A DNA stretch of 64,000 nucleotides from Raillietiella orientalis (taxonomy: Eukaryota): positions 930,001-994,000 of the forward strand of contig JAYWIR010000052.1 in the NCBI GenBank assembly GCA_036172245.1, in the 5' to 3' direction. Each line of letters opens with the position of its first letter. Within the stretch, counting starts at the first letter, position 1. Below are positions 40,291 through 52,020 of this stretch, one piece after another. The notes below the pieces were generated by a model, which was not told where the DNA came from, did no database searches, and was given only the letters and a program-made list of their open reading frames with translations. Position numbers and translations under genes: made by a program.

Positions 40291-41097
40291 AATCATAAGA
40301 GCATATACATCTGTTGAACTGTCATTATAACCACGTTTCACCAAAAAACAGTGCATTGAGGACATCAGAAACAAACAGACATTACCATAATTAAAACAAT
40401 CGCTATTGACAATCACTGCGTTAATCACCTGTGATTGAGCAGTATTACAATCATAATAATTAATCACAACGACTGTCCACATTCATATGCATTATATAAT
40501 GTGACCATGTATTTGCTATACGTAGTTATATGTATCGTAACATAAATTGCTTTCCTTTCTGTACAATATAGACTCCCATTGGTAGCAACCAGAATAAACG
40601 TAAGCATTCGTTTTGAAAACAAAATCAACTCTTCTACGGAGCTGAGAGGTTCATTCCAATGCATGATATAGTAGATGTAATACATGAGCTATTGCAATTG
40701 GTTGCTGCATTGCTAGGTCACTGATCACTAATAAGCTCAAGGAGTCATGAATTTCATACGGTTATCCTATGGGTATCCAGTCTTGTACGGTCATCCAGTC
40801 TTTTTCACAGTGGTAACCATAGTAACGGGGGCAGATATTTCTGACTTAAAGTACGGCGACCAAAAACTGCTGTTATGCTTCCAGAAGTAAGTCAGGTCAG
40901 CCCTCTAAATGAAAAGTGCATTGTGAAGAGACTTTTAAGTAAGTTATCAAAGACCGAACGGGCATTAGGGAAAAATAAGAAGAGAAAAGTTATGCTAAAG
41001 GGAAATATGTGAAAAGTTAGTAAAATGCCTTCCTTCTTCACATAAGTCATTCCTGGGGTCACGAGTAGTGTCACTCGGGAATTTCGTCAAAGCGGAT

Positions 41098-41121
41098 TTG
41101 TTGTTGTTGTTGTTGTTGTTG
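41098..41121. repeat. (TTG)8 microsatellite
   Basis: Directly visible. Confidence 0.95.
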
Positions 41122-41559
41122 TCAGCGATCAAAAGCACACTTGGCTGTTCCAGAGACCACAGACACAAGCGTGAAGTCACATTTGTGTTTTCGGAAGATC
41201 TTCCTGAAACACAAATGGATCCCGTGTTGAACATCACATGCATCCAGATGCAATGAGAAAACAGAGCAAGTTCAAAAGCAGCTCAAAAGCACGAAAAAGA
41301 ACAGAGGCGGCCGACCTCTATGCTTTCCTAGAAAATGATGCCCACAGATTTCTCGCTGCAGCTCTCAATGAAAGACACCTTCATGGCAAATCCGTCAAAA
41401 TTCAATAACGTGCTCAAGGTGATCTTCTTGCTTGTGGATCGCGTAGAAGAAAAAAAAAAAAAACGCATAGAATGAAGTTAGAAGAATTATAATTAAAAGC
41501 TGCATGCTGAAGGAAGAGTCAGACCCACGCAGAATGCCATATTCATTCCACTAAATACT

Positions 41560-41800
41560 CTTTTCTCAAATCACCTCCCAAAAAAGGAAACCCCACCAAC
41601 CCCATAATCCTAACACTATAAGTCACTCTTAAAACTGCATGAACCATTCCTACATTTCCCATAACCCGCAGGAATCCTTTAATATCCAAAATTAATATTC
41701 TCATAAACCAATTCTTGTCACCCAATCATACTAACTACCATTACTACACCCCCTCCTCACAATCGCAGATAAAACCTACGATACAACAGAATGCCTCAAC
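41560..41800 (+). mobile_element. Possible Jockey/I-group LINE RT remnant
   Basis: Strongly G-poor, C/A-rich strand. PPKKGNPTNP resembles the RT-proximal PKxGKxPxxPxSYRPISL motif. Confidence 0.35.
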
Positions 41801-44454
41801 ACACATACATCAACTTATCATGACGATGACGTGGCACACATAATTACACAATTACCACGGAAAAAACTGTTCCAAGCTATCGGAGCTGCACGTTATGCCA
41901 ACCAAGCAATTTAGACTGCATGGCACCCGTTTTGCAGACTGTGCAATCACTTTGCTGGCATTGGAAACTCACATCGGAAAAGGTGAATTCATCTGGGAAT
42001 AGGAGATCCGTCGTGGAGACTGAGTATCGGACCACCAGGCAGCAGACGTGCAATGACACAACTGAAGACAGCATATTCGGATCGAAGGTCTTCCGGAGAA
42101 GGTCGAAGCTGCTTGCAGCGGCCAAGATGGCAGGTTCCGAAAATGTTCCAGAAGAAAGAGAAAGGATATCAAAGCAAAGGTGCGAATGGAAGTTTTCTGA
42201 AAGTCCATCAGATAAGTGGACTTGGGAACAAAGCATCCCTGAGAAAAGGAGTGGGAGAATGAATTTTTCGTGCTCTTCAAACAGATCGGCGATTCCAGAT
42301 TAAAGCAAGTCGGGGGGGAGAAGGGGCAAAGAGAATTAAGACCAATGACACTTTGGCTTTCGTGTTGACATAATGGTTTTTTTTTTTTTTCTTTTTTTCC
42401 CCCCCTCCAAAGGGGGAAAAGTTGCTGAAAATATTTTCGCCTTTCGGATTTTCCGCCTATGATTGCAGATAATCGGATCGCCGCGTTTTGAAGAAGAAAG
42501 GCAAACAGTGCATTTTCCCAGGGCCGAATGCCATCCGACTGAATCAATGGGATTCTTTTTCCCAGTTCAGCAGAAAGAGTGGTCCTCGTCATTATCCAGT
42601 TGTCTCCATGAAAGCCGATGTAGGCTTCGGGAAAACGAGGAAAGGCAGTCATGTGGAGGATGGGCCATCCATTTTGAGAAAAAGGACGCGGGTGCTACAG
42701 GAAGGTGACAATAGTCTCCCTTAATCGAAGCACTTCCCGTTACGTAGAAACAAAATGGTTTCATTCTGTTTGCTGCTTGGCGCCAGCCGTGGTTTGGATC
42801 CGATTCGATATGCCCCATTCCTTTTGTTTTTCCTAGCTTTAGGGTGGAAAACAAGCAAAGCAAAAATACCCAATCGTAAGGCACGTGAAATCTTCAGACT
42901 GGAACTCCATCTCGGGATAAGGAAGAAAGCAGAGTGGTTATGGGAACTGAATGAATGATGATTAAGCAAATGCCAGGTGCCATTTCACAGAGTAAAAAAT
43001 GCACTCACCTATGTTTGGCATAGAAACAAAGAAAAATTTCGGTCGAAAGCCTTTCATTGCTCAGCTTGAAGGAGGAATTCAAACTTTGTGAAGGAGATGT
43101 GGCTAGAAGTGATTCTTCGAGTTACTGAGATTACTGCGGTTTCCCTAAATATCTGGAGGCAACTTGATGCAGAAATGAAGCAAAACTCGGCTACTAAAAG
43201 TAGGTACACAAGGGAAGGGGATTGGTAGGCGGTTTCATACTTGGTTTTGCTTTACCAAGATTTTCAATGCATTGAAACTTCAGGTGCCACCATCCCATAG
43301 GGGAGAGAAATTCGATGATTCTGCCGCTATTATTTCTAAAAGTCCTAATTTTGTCAGTTTTGGCGCCTGGTGCCACCACTTGTTCGCACTGTCCCCCCCA
43401 AATTCCATAAACATGTGATACTACGCTGAGGAATCTGTTCAGGCGGCAGCGGACTTGGTAGAAGCCGTTTTTCGTAGAACACCGAGAAGCCGCGGAGCTG
43501 ACGACCTCCCATCGGTGGTGGAAAGGATATGCCACAACGAGATGCACCCTTCATCTTGCGAGCCACGAGGATCTTCTCCGACCACGCGTGGCAGGCACGG
43601 TCTACGGAACTGAAGGGAAGCACCGTGGTGTGACAGCCGCGGTCACGGTTCCGGCAGCGGGGGCTGCAGAACGCTGGAGGCGCGAGGTCACGTCTCTCGG
43701 GGACGACCCCGAGCGTCGTCCACTGGGAAACCGTGCAGATTTCGAGACGGGAGATTCTGCACGGTGGCACAAATTCAAGCAGTCCGCCTTTGCTGCTCAA
43801 CGGGCGGAGGATCCGGATGCATGGCTAAGGGAAGCAGACGCCGTCTTGGTGGCAGCTCGGACAAAAAATGCCGATCCATTGAACGTTGCAAAAGAAGTGG
43901 TGAAGTGGTGTGCGGTGTTGCGGCTTCAGCAGGGTTTCCAAGGGCTGCGGTGGTGACGAAGGTGAATTCACCTGCACGGAAGGGACCTGGAAATTTGCTA
44001 AATGTTGCCGCTGCTTTATCAACGAAACTTTCTCCGTCATTTGTTTTTGTGGGCGAATACCATGTTATGGAAGGGAGGAAGGAAGTGCTGTTGAATCATT
44101 CAATCTGCTGACCCCCTCCCCCCCCCCCCCCCCTCAGCAGAGTAAGCTAACTTGGAGACGGTATGCAACCATTGAAGATGGTATTTGGTGCTCTGTTTCC
44201 GAAATCAAAGCTCCGGTTAGCCCGGACGATTTTCCGAATTCTCGAAGAATTCATCGAAAGTTAGACTGCAGAAACTTCCGACGAAAAATCCTAAACTTAT
44301 GCAGGAAAGAATTCAGTTCGGTGCAGCAGCAAGTTGTGGATGGGTGCACCAGGAAAGGAACACACGAAAACCGGACTATGAAGTGATGGCTCGGGGATGA
44401 ATGCCGAGTTCCTGTAATCCAGGTGATGCAACAGCAGGTTCCATGCTTGCTGAT

Positions 44455-44520
44455 CTTGAGGTGCCCATTTGCAGAGAATGTTCTTTCCACATCAGAGGTA
44501 AGGGTGGGAGCTTGAAGTTT
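44455..44520 (-). mobile_element. Possible hAT transposase dimerisation-domain remnant
   Basis: QAPTLTSDVERTFSANG resembles the hAT motif P-x-T-S-x-x-V-E-R-x-F-S. No terminal inverted repeats identified. Confidence 0.35.
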
Positions 44521-46138
44521 TCTGCGAGGAAGGCATCCCTTGAATGTAAGCTCTTGCTCAAATCCCCAATACCCAGAAGTGTGTTCCTTGTGTGCATGCC
44601 CCAAATATATAGTTCACTAAATGTTTGGTTGCACATTTCTTTCATTTTAGCATAAACGGTATCTAGTGGTTAAAGAATTTTCACATAGGAGACGGGAGAA
44701 TTTCGCCTTTTTGGATTTCACCAAATTAACGGACAAGCTGACCAAATTAGCAATCCAAATGTAGTTCCTATTAAGTACCTGTTAATGGCAGAAAAACCCA
44801 AATGCAGATCTAAAGTAAATGTAGAATCTTCTGCTGTTGATAATAAAGTGTCGATAAAACTTTGCTTGAAAAGTTGAAATGGAAGAACATATGTTGAGTT
44901 CAAAAATGTTCAAACATGCATTTTGGGGGAAAGTTTCAGCCTTTTTTTTTTTTAAGGACATCTTTTACAGGTTTGCATTGGTACCACAATGCATATTATT
45001 TTAACAGTTTTTTTTTTTTTTTTACCCTTCACCTCTTGGTATCAAGGCATTGATGGAACTTCAATGGCTACAAAGCTAGAATAAAAATGGATGAGTCTTA
45101 ACCAAAATTTAGCCTTGCATAGTCAAGTCTCCAATTTCAAAATAAAATTTGAAAAATAGGCAAGAAGTATTTTTGAATAATGATTATAATTTGCATGATT
45201 AATTACATAGATTTGTTTACTTGTTTTTGTTCTATTTTGTTGGAGGTACTTTTATTCCCAAATTCACCTGTTCAGGTATTTGCTGAAAAAAGGTAAATAC
45301 ATACAATAAATTTGGATCAAGTGGATGAACTGCTTCAGAAGTCAGTCATTTGAATTCTTGTCTGTGAATGTGAAAGATGCAGTTTGCTTTGATAAAGAGC
45401 CCTATCCATTTATGCACTGGAAAATTCGAGCCGCTGTGCAATTTGATTCATAGACTGATGCACACACTATAGTTGTGATTTGGATCTGTAGTTTAATATC
45501 TTCAAGTACCAAAAAGTTTTTGACATCCATATTAAAAAAAAACTAGTTTATATCATGTAAATAGCTTCCTCACTTTGAAATTTTCCATTCTCCACACTGA
45601 CAGCAAACAGTGGCACTTTGTAAAGCACATTGCATAAAAGAGCTCTTTTAAAGATTTGTGCGTCAGTGGAAATTCTGTTCTTTCCACTGTGGAGTAAAAT
45701 CATGAAATTTGTATTTTTACAAATTTCAGTTTCACAAGAAAACAATTTCCTGCAGTTTTTTGGTCAAAGAGAATTCATCTGATGTTCAATATTGTACACT
45801 GTGCTGCTGCCAGACTGACTAGTGTTAAAGTTAATGATGTCTAAAACTTTTATTCAGTTTACAGGTGTGAGTTTAGTACTGGTACTGTTGATGTATGTTA
45901 AAAAATGATTGTCTACTAATGGATGACTCATATAGTTTATCTCACAAATACATTTAATACTGAGCACTTTTAAGTGATGGAACACTGAAATGATAAGAAC
46001 TGATAAAGAGTTAATATGCATTATTTAATTTTACTACAACTTCTGCAAGTTGGTTCGTGTCTTACATTTATTAAATTGCTTGCACTTTAGACATAATAAC
46101 CACACTGTTATGCTACTGTGTTCAAAAATTTTGGCTTT

Positions 46139-46658
46139 TCAGTAGGCATTTGATCGAACATCAAAAATTAGCTCTTCTTCAGATTCTTCACTGCTTTCAA
46201 GAAGTTTGCATTCACTTTTAGGTACAAAAATTCCCTCCCTACGACCATACTTTTGCTTTTTGGAGCCCTTTCTTTGATTCTTACGTGAACTATAATGGGC
46301 ATTAACATAGACAGCACAACAATTGTAACACCTACCAGATGAAACGTATTACGAGGTACACCACAGTTAAGAAGCTTGCAGCTATCAAAATGTAAAATCC
46401 CCTTAATAAAACATTTTGCTTTGATTCATCAAATAGGCCTTCGTAGAATACCGAAGGCTTGCTAGAGTTTGATTTGACTAGACTGGTGGGAGATACTGTT
46501 GGAACAGAAGACAGTTTCACAGCTGAATGTGTTGCAACAATTTTTTCGTTACTCTTTGCATCTCCTGGCATACTACTGTTCACACTATCACATATTAACA
46601 AGAGTGACATAAAGGAAATCATTAAATAACTCATTGTGAGGCATTTTGACCTAATCAT
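46139..46658 (-). CDS. FAM174-like type I membrane protein; exons 46658-46336, 46289-46139
   Basis: Signal peptide, Ser-rich ectodomain, TM LRGFYILIAASFLTVVYLVIRFI, basic stretch ending KQKYG, acidic tail SSEESEEELIFDV. This is the FAM174 architecture. 46-nt GT-AG intron. Confidence 0.8.
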
Positions 46659-48295
46659 TTCATAACGTGGTAACTTTTGTGTTATGTGGAATTCTATTCC
46701 ATGAAAAAAAAAAATTATCTTCTTCTTCTTCTTTTTTTTTTTTTTTTTTACTTTACTTTATGCTCCCTTCAAAAATTTGGCACTCAGCAAGCACTAAAAG
46801 AATGTATTTACATGTCAAATAGAAATCCGGTACTTCCTGAACCCATGAAAATGCTTCTAAGAAAATGAAACCTGGTAAACACCAGCATTTACCTTTCATG
46901 AAACTTTCCAGCCTGCTGATTTGGCGCACGGTGACCCACGCCACCATCTTTAAACTCGTTGGAATCACACAGAAAGAAAACGTAAGTGCAAATATCCATC
47001 ATGACTTGAAAAATGAAACTGACCCTTTGCAGCAAAATGGGAAAAAATGAAGAAGAAGAAAAAAAACAAAAAAAACAAAGGCACACCCAAATTTCTCGAA
47101 TCGCGAAAACAAACACACGGGGTTCAATTTTTCGAGCCGAAGCACACGCTGGAGTAGTGAAAACAAGGGAGGAGGTCACAAGTCACATCCCCCCAGGCAT
47201 AACGAACTGCACGAAGGCAACACAACACTCTCGGGTGGTGGGAAGGACACGGCAGCTTTTTCCGTACGGACACTGCAGGGGGGGGGGGGGACGGACACGC
47301 GGCAACCCTGCGCAGAGCCAGGGAGGAGGCACTTCCTCCTCCTCGGACGTCGCCTGCAGCCGTACAACCAGCACCAGGAACCATCCAACCACCACAGCCA
47401 GCAGCGGAAAGACGAGCTGCTCGGGTTGGAAAGGACGGGAGCAAAAAAATGTACAGTGGTGGTCACGTCTTTCGGCGAACTTTCCGGACTGCGTGCTCCC
47501 CTCGAAGCCCTGCCAGGTGAATTTGCATGCTGGCAGAAAGAGGTCACTCGGATGGGGCGACTGCCGCGCTGCTTTCGGCCGCCCGTTCCCGAGCCCACGC
47601 AGCGTCCCCGGGAGTGGTGGCTGTCCTGCAGAGCCCAAAGCGTGGTGCTCACTCCGAACGGAAGTCGAAGGGCTCCTACCACTGCACCACGGCACACATT
47701 GCTCCACGAGAAAACACTCGACTCATTTGTTCCGATGGGATATGGGATAAGAGCTAAAAGCAACGAATGAGCCATCAGCAACGCGAACCACAAGAAAAAA
47801 GAAATTCGGGGATGTCCTTGGTCCTTATTCAATAGATGTTGAGGGAGGAAGCTCAGCTTACATCATCAGACAAAAAGCGGTGTTTGGTGAGGGAACCGAA
47901 AGCACTTCTAAATAGGGCAGCTGACTTATGACAAACATCGGACATTTTCCGATGAGCGACAAAAGGTATCACTCGGAAGGCATGGAAGTGGCTGGCAGTG
48001 GCGGTAGGATCCTTCAAACAAAAGGCATCTCCATCAAGACAAAAACAAATCTGGATTACATTGGATTTCCCTCAGTAACTATGTTTGCTCGAAGGAGCAT
48101 TACTGACAGCGAGCGCTGGGAACTTTCTACTTGAAGCACAGCTCTGAGGGACTTTTCCCTGTGGTGTTTTGTACACAAAGCTGATAAAGGAAAACCTGAT
48201 CGTCGTGTGCGGAAGATGCAGTGTTGTCGGCGACTTCATAGAAAAAAAAAAAATATCCAGGAAAAAACACTGCTTTAGCGAGACTTTCGTACCTC

Positions 48296-48296
<1 letters not shown>

Positions 48297-48329
<33 letters not shown>
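48297..48329. repeat. (TTA)11 microsatellite
   Basis: Directly visible. Confidence 0.95.
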
Positions 48330-48331
<2 letters not shown>

Positions 48332-49385
48332 ATACATAGTAATAAAGCTTATTTTGGTTCACTAAAGAAAGCTTCGCTGCTATCCAGACGTCTTGATTTA
48401 AGCTTCAAGGATGCTGAGCCTGGGTTGATCCGGGGCTCAGGAGGAGCTGATAAGAGGATCCCACATCAGGAAGAACATATTCTCACTTGGCTGATCCCCA
48501 ATGAGCGTCAGAACAAAAGTGTGGATTCGAGCGAGGAATTTCGCAAGTTTTGTTTTACTTGACCCCACTGTTTGATCTTTTACTGCTACTAAAAGATATA
48601 GTACGAGTAATTCTGTTTTATTGGGCTATAGTAAATGGACTGTTTTTGGTTTTTGTTTTTAACTTAGCGATGAGTCAGTAAGATGAAAAGGGAAGGAAAA
48701 AAGCAACTCGAATCCAATTTTCAGTCAGGAATGCCAAGATGTTTCTCATGATTTGCATATGCTTGAAGGATTATTATTTACTTCACAGCAAAACTACGAA
48801 AGGGCGCACACGCGTTTTGGGTAAATTTCCATTTCTCAGTCTCCTATTTTTCGAGAGATTTAACACTGGAAAGTACCACTGATGAGTATTGAAACGAATC
48901 GAGAATAAGTTAAGCTGGAGATGATTCCAAGTTTTTCTTCACGTCACTCTACGCTTTTTGTTTTTCCTGTTTGTGACTCTTGTGACGATTTTGCTTGCAG
49001 ATACGATAATTTCACAGGCTCTTTGCAGCTAAGCTGTGCAGTGCACTCTTCGTGGCTGCTGAAAAGTTAAAAATCCAAAAAACTTCTGATCAACACGAAT
49101 AACCAAAACATGTTTTCTCAAGCATTTTGGTAGTTATTAATTACAGAACCTGACAAAAGGAAAACTCTTGGTTTCTTTCGGCATTTAGCCTATTATTCTC
49201 TTGGATTCATTCCTATACTCGCATCAATTATGCATCTCCTTATATTACTACAAAACGGCATTAAAGGGATTGGAACACGTATCTCGAAAACACCTTGGAA
49301 GCAGCAATAAGCACTTTAGTCAGAATGCCTTTGCCTCTTTCATATATATGTTTTTTCATAACACGAGTTTTTTTTAAAAAAGAAA

Positions 49386-49386
<1 letters not shown>

Positions 49387-49444
<58 letters not shown>
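49387..49444. repeat. (TG)n microsatellite, about 29 units
   Basis: Directly visible. Confidence 0.97.
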
Positions 49445-49452
<8 letters not shown>

Positions 49453-49689
49453 ATCACGAATGTTATAAATTCCAAAGTTTTAACGAATGTTTTCCAAGTG
49501 TCGATATTCACGACAGATGCCTCATACTTTCTGTTGCCGATCTTAACGTTTCTTATGCTACGGAGACGTTGGTTTTTTCTGTGTTTTTTCTGCGTGAGTC
49601 TTGGAATCTTTTGTTGCATTTTCCCACCTTTGGAACTTTTGTTGCATATGCAGCTCCATAGCTCGATAAAAACTCTTATATAAGAGAAA

Positions 49690-50040
49690 GGCTCAGCATG
49701 ACCTGAATCCGAGAAATCTTCCCGATGGCGCCGGTTGCGGACACTACGACCAGCACTTGTCCGCATCCGAACCAGGATGCAGAGGACCACTCGCGGAGAA
49801 CGGTGATCCCTTCTCCCCTGAGAAAAAACACTGCCCTCTCCCCCCACCTCTCTTGCTTTTCTTGTTCTTTTTCGTGGTTTTCCCTCCCCCTTCGCCAGCG
49901 AAGAGGGCCGGTAAAGACAAGTGTTCCAACACCGGCAGAATCACGTGTTCTTCTGCCTGAATGGACCTAAGGACTGTAGTACAAAATTTCATTTTCTTAA
50001 AATTTCAATAGTCAATGCCCCCGGCATATCCGGGTGAGAA
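49690..50040 (+). mobile_element. 3' relic of a second L1/Tx1-like family (copy D)
   Basis: Shares aggatgcagaggac...gtgatcccttc, a T-rich tract and the terminal cccgg-catat-ccgggtgagaa with copies at 57 and 59 kb. Confidence 0.65.
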
Positions 50041-51359
50041 ACCTCAAACTGATGGGCAGAAGAAGCACCTCTCTACACCCTGCTGCTGATGGAGTGATCT
50101 TCGAAAGTGATTCAAGGAATCAAGACCTTATGTAGGAAATCTCGGAAATCTAATGTATAGACGCAACATTCAGCATCGAATGCCAAAAGGAACACTCAAT
50201 GGCATTCGATGCTGAATGCCCTCTTTGATAGCGCAAAAGACCAACAACAAAGAAGAAAAGAGCAGAATGACAAGGAGCTCCGTCTTCTTTTTTTTTTCCT
50301 CCACCCCTCCCCACCTATCCATCCATTTGGTTTTGTAAACTCGGGGGCTTTTCCTCCTCGGATGACTGCTGATTTCCGTCCACTAACGTGGTTGGAAGGA
50401 AGAGATTTGTTCGCGAATTACGGAGAACAGAATCCAATCCTCTAATTCCCTCTTCAGCACAGATTAAAGTTCTCCAGAGGGTACTCTTCAAGTGGTGTCA
50501 TTACGGGTGTCGATTAGCGAAATGCGCTCATCAAAGAAACGCTCGGATCTTACCAAGTTAACGGCTAAGCCCTTCCTTCCTTCCACACACACACACACAC
50601 AGGTCCCTTGCGCTCCGGATGCTGAGGGCAGGAGTGAAGCCATCACAGAAGGAATGCTTCTAGGTATAATAGAATTGTCAAGGTTTAATCATGAAGAATG
50701 GGGCTGTCAGGCACACAGCAGATGCAGATTGCATTTAAATGGTGTTTTGGTGTCTCTCTGGAGCTGAATCTGCGGAGATCGGATCTGCGTGGCAGGAAGA
50801 CCGGGAAATTTCCCTGCGGTGGCGGCATAACAGTGGCGCGCAGCAAATTTCAGAGGAGCGTTCTCTTCCTTTCTTTCTTTTTTTTTTTTTTCATCAGGTT
50901 TTTGTTACCTTATGAGCTTTTACCATGTTCAGTTTGGTCCTTACGCAGGCAGGCCGCAATTGGTGCGAGTCATTCGCTCCGAGAAGCAGCCGCGCCATTC
51001 GAATTGGCACTATTCGGACACGTCATTTACATGTAAAATATATTTTTGAATATGTTATTCTTTAATATATCCTTTGCATATGTAAAGTATGCAATTTTTT
51101 AAAACTGCAATCGGCTTTTGAAAGATAGTTTGCTTTGTCTCCGTGGGGATGACATGTGCGTCCGTTTTGAATGACTCCATTGAAGGAAGAAGGGGTAGAT
51201 GGTAAAAATCCAAGCCAGTCTTGCCATCTCCTTTCAAGTAGGTGCTCCTTCCTAGAGCGAGGATCATCTCTCTCTCCATCCCGCCATCCTCTTTGCCCCC
51301 TGTTTCTCTTGGCGTCTTCTCTCCGCGACCTCCTCCGCACGCTCGCGGCGCGCCCCTTT

Positions 51360-52020
51360 AGCAAGCGCCTAGGAACACGGGAAGGTTCAGTCCATCCCGT
51401 GCAACGCCCTCCGGCATCACTGGACACGGGTGTGTGTGGACCCGAACTGTGCCAGGTGTGGGGAGCAGGAATCCTTCCCGCACCTGCTAGTGGACTGTGT
51501 TGCCCTCCGCCCTCTTTGGAAGAGCTTTGCTGCGCCCCTAGGAATCCCCGGCGGTAACCCCAGGGACAGAGACTCCTCTTTGTGAGAGACGCCCTGCAGC
51601 CACCCACAGCCCCAGCAGCGCTCTGCTGCCTCTGCGGGATTGTGGATCGGAGCCAATGAGGGAGGGAACGACAGGGACGCCATCCAGTTCGCAGTTCGTT
51701 TCCTGCGGATAGCAGCCGGATGGCCCAGCCTGGGACCTATTTGGACAGACCTAGTGGGCAGTGATCCCTTCCCGGCCCTCCAAAGTGTTTTTATTTATTT
51801 ATTTTTATTATTTTGTTTTCCTTTTTGCTTTTTTTCCATCTCCCCCCGCTGCCGAGGTGAGCCCAGCCGAAATTCGCACCAGCGACCCGGCAGGTCCATT
51901 GCGGAATCGGTTGTGTGCGTGTAGGGGAAGGGGGGGGGGGGAAGGGAGGGGCTGCACGCCCCATCACGACACTTGCGTGTTTATTTTAATCAATAAACGT
52001 CCCGGCGTGACCTGGTGGCA
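51360..52020 (+). mobile_element. 3' relic of the same family (copy A), with ORF2 C-terminal zinc finger
   Basis: HWTRVCVDPNCARCGEQESFPHLLVDCVALRPLW (CX2CX7HX4C), T-rich 3'UTR, AATAAA at 51992, hairpin at 52001-52015. Confidence 0.8.

Noticed and set aside
49386..49661. CVCVCV / THTHTH repeat ORFs
   Set aside because: Translation of the (TG)n microsatellite.
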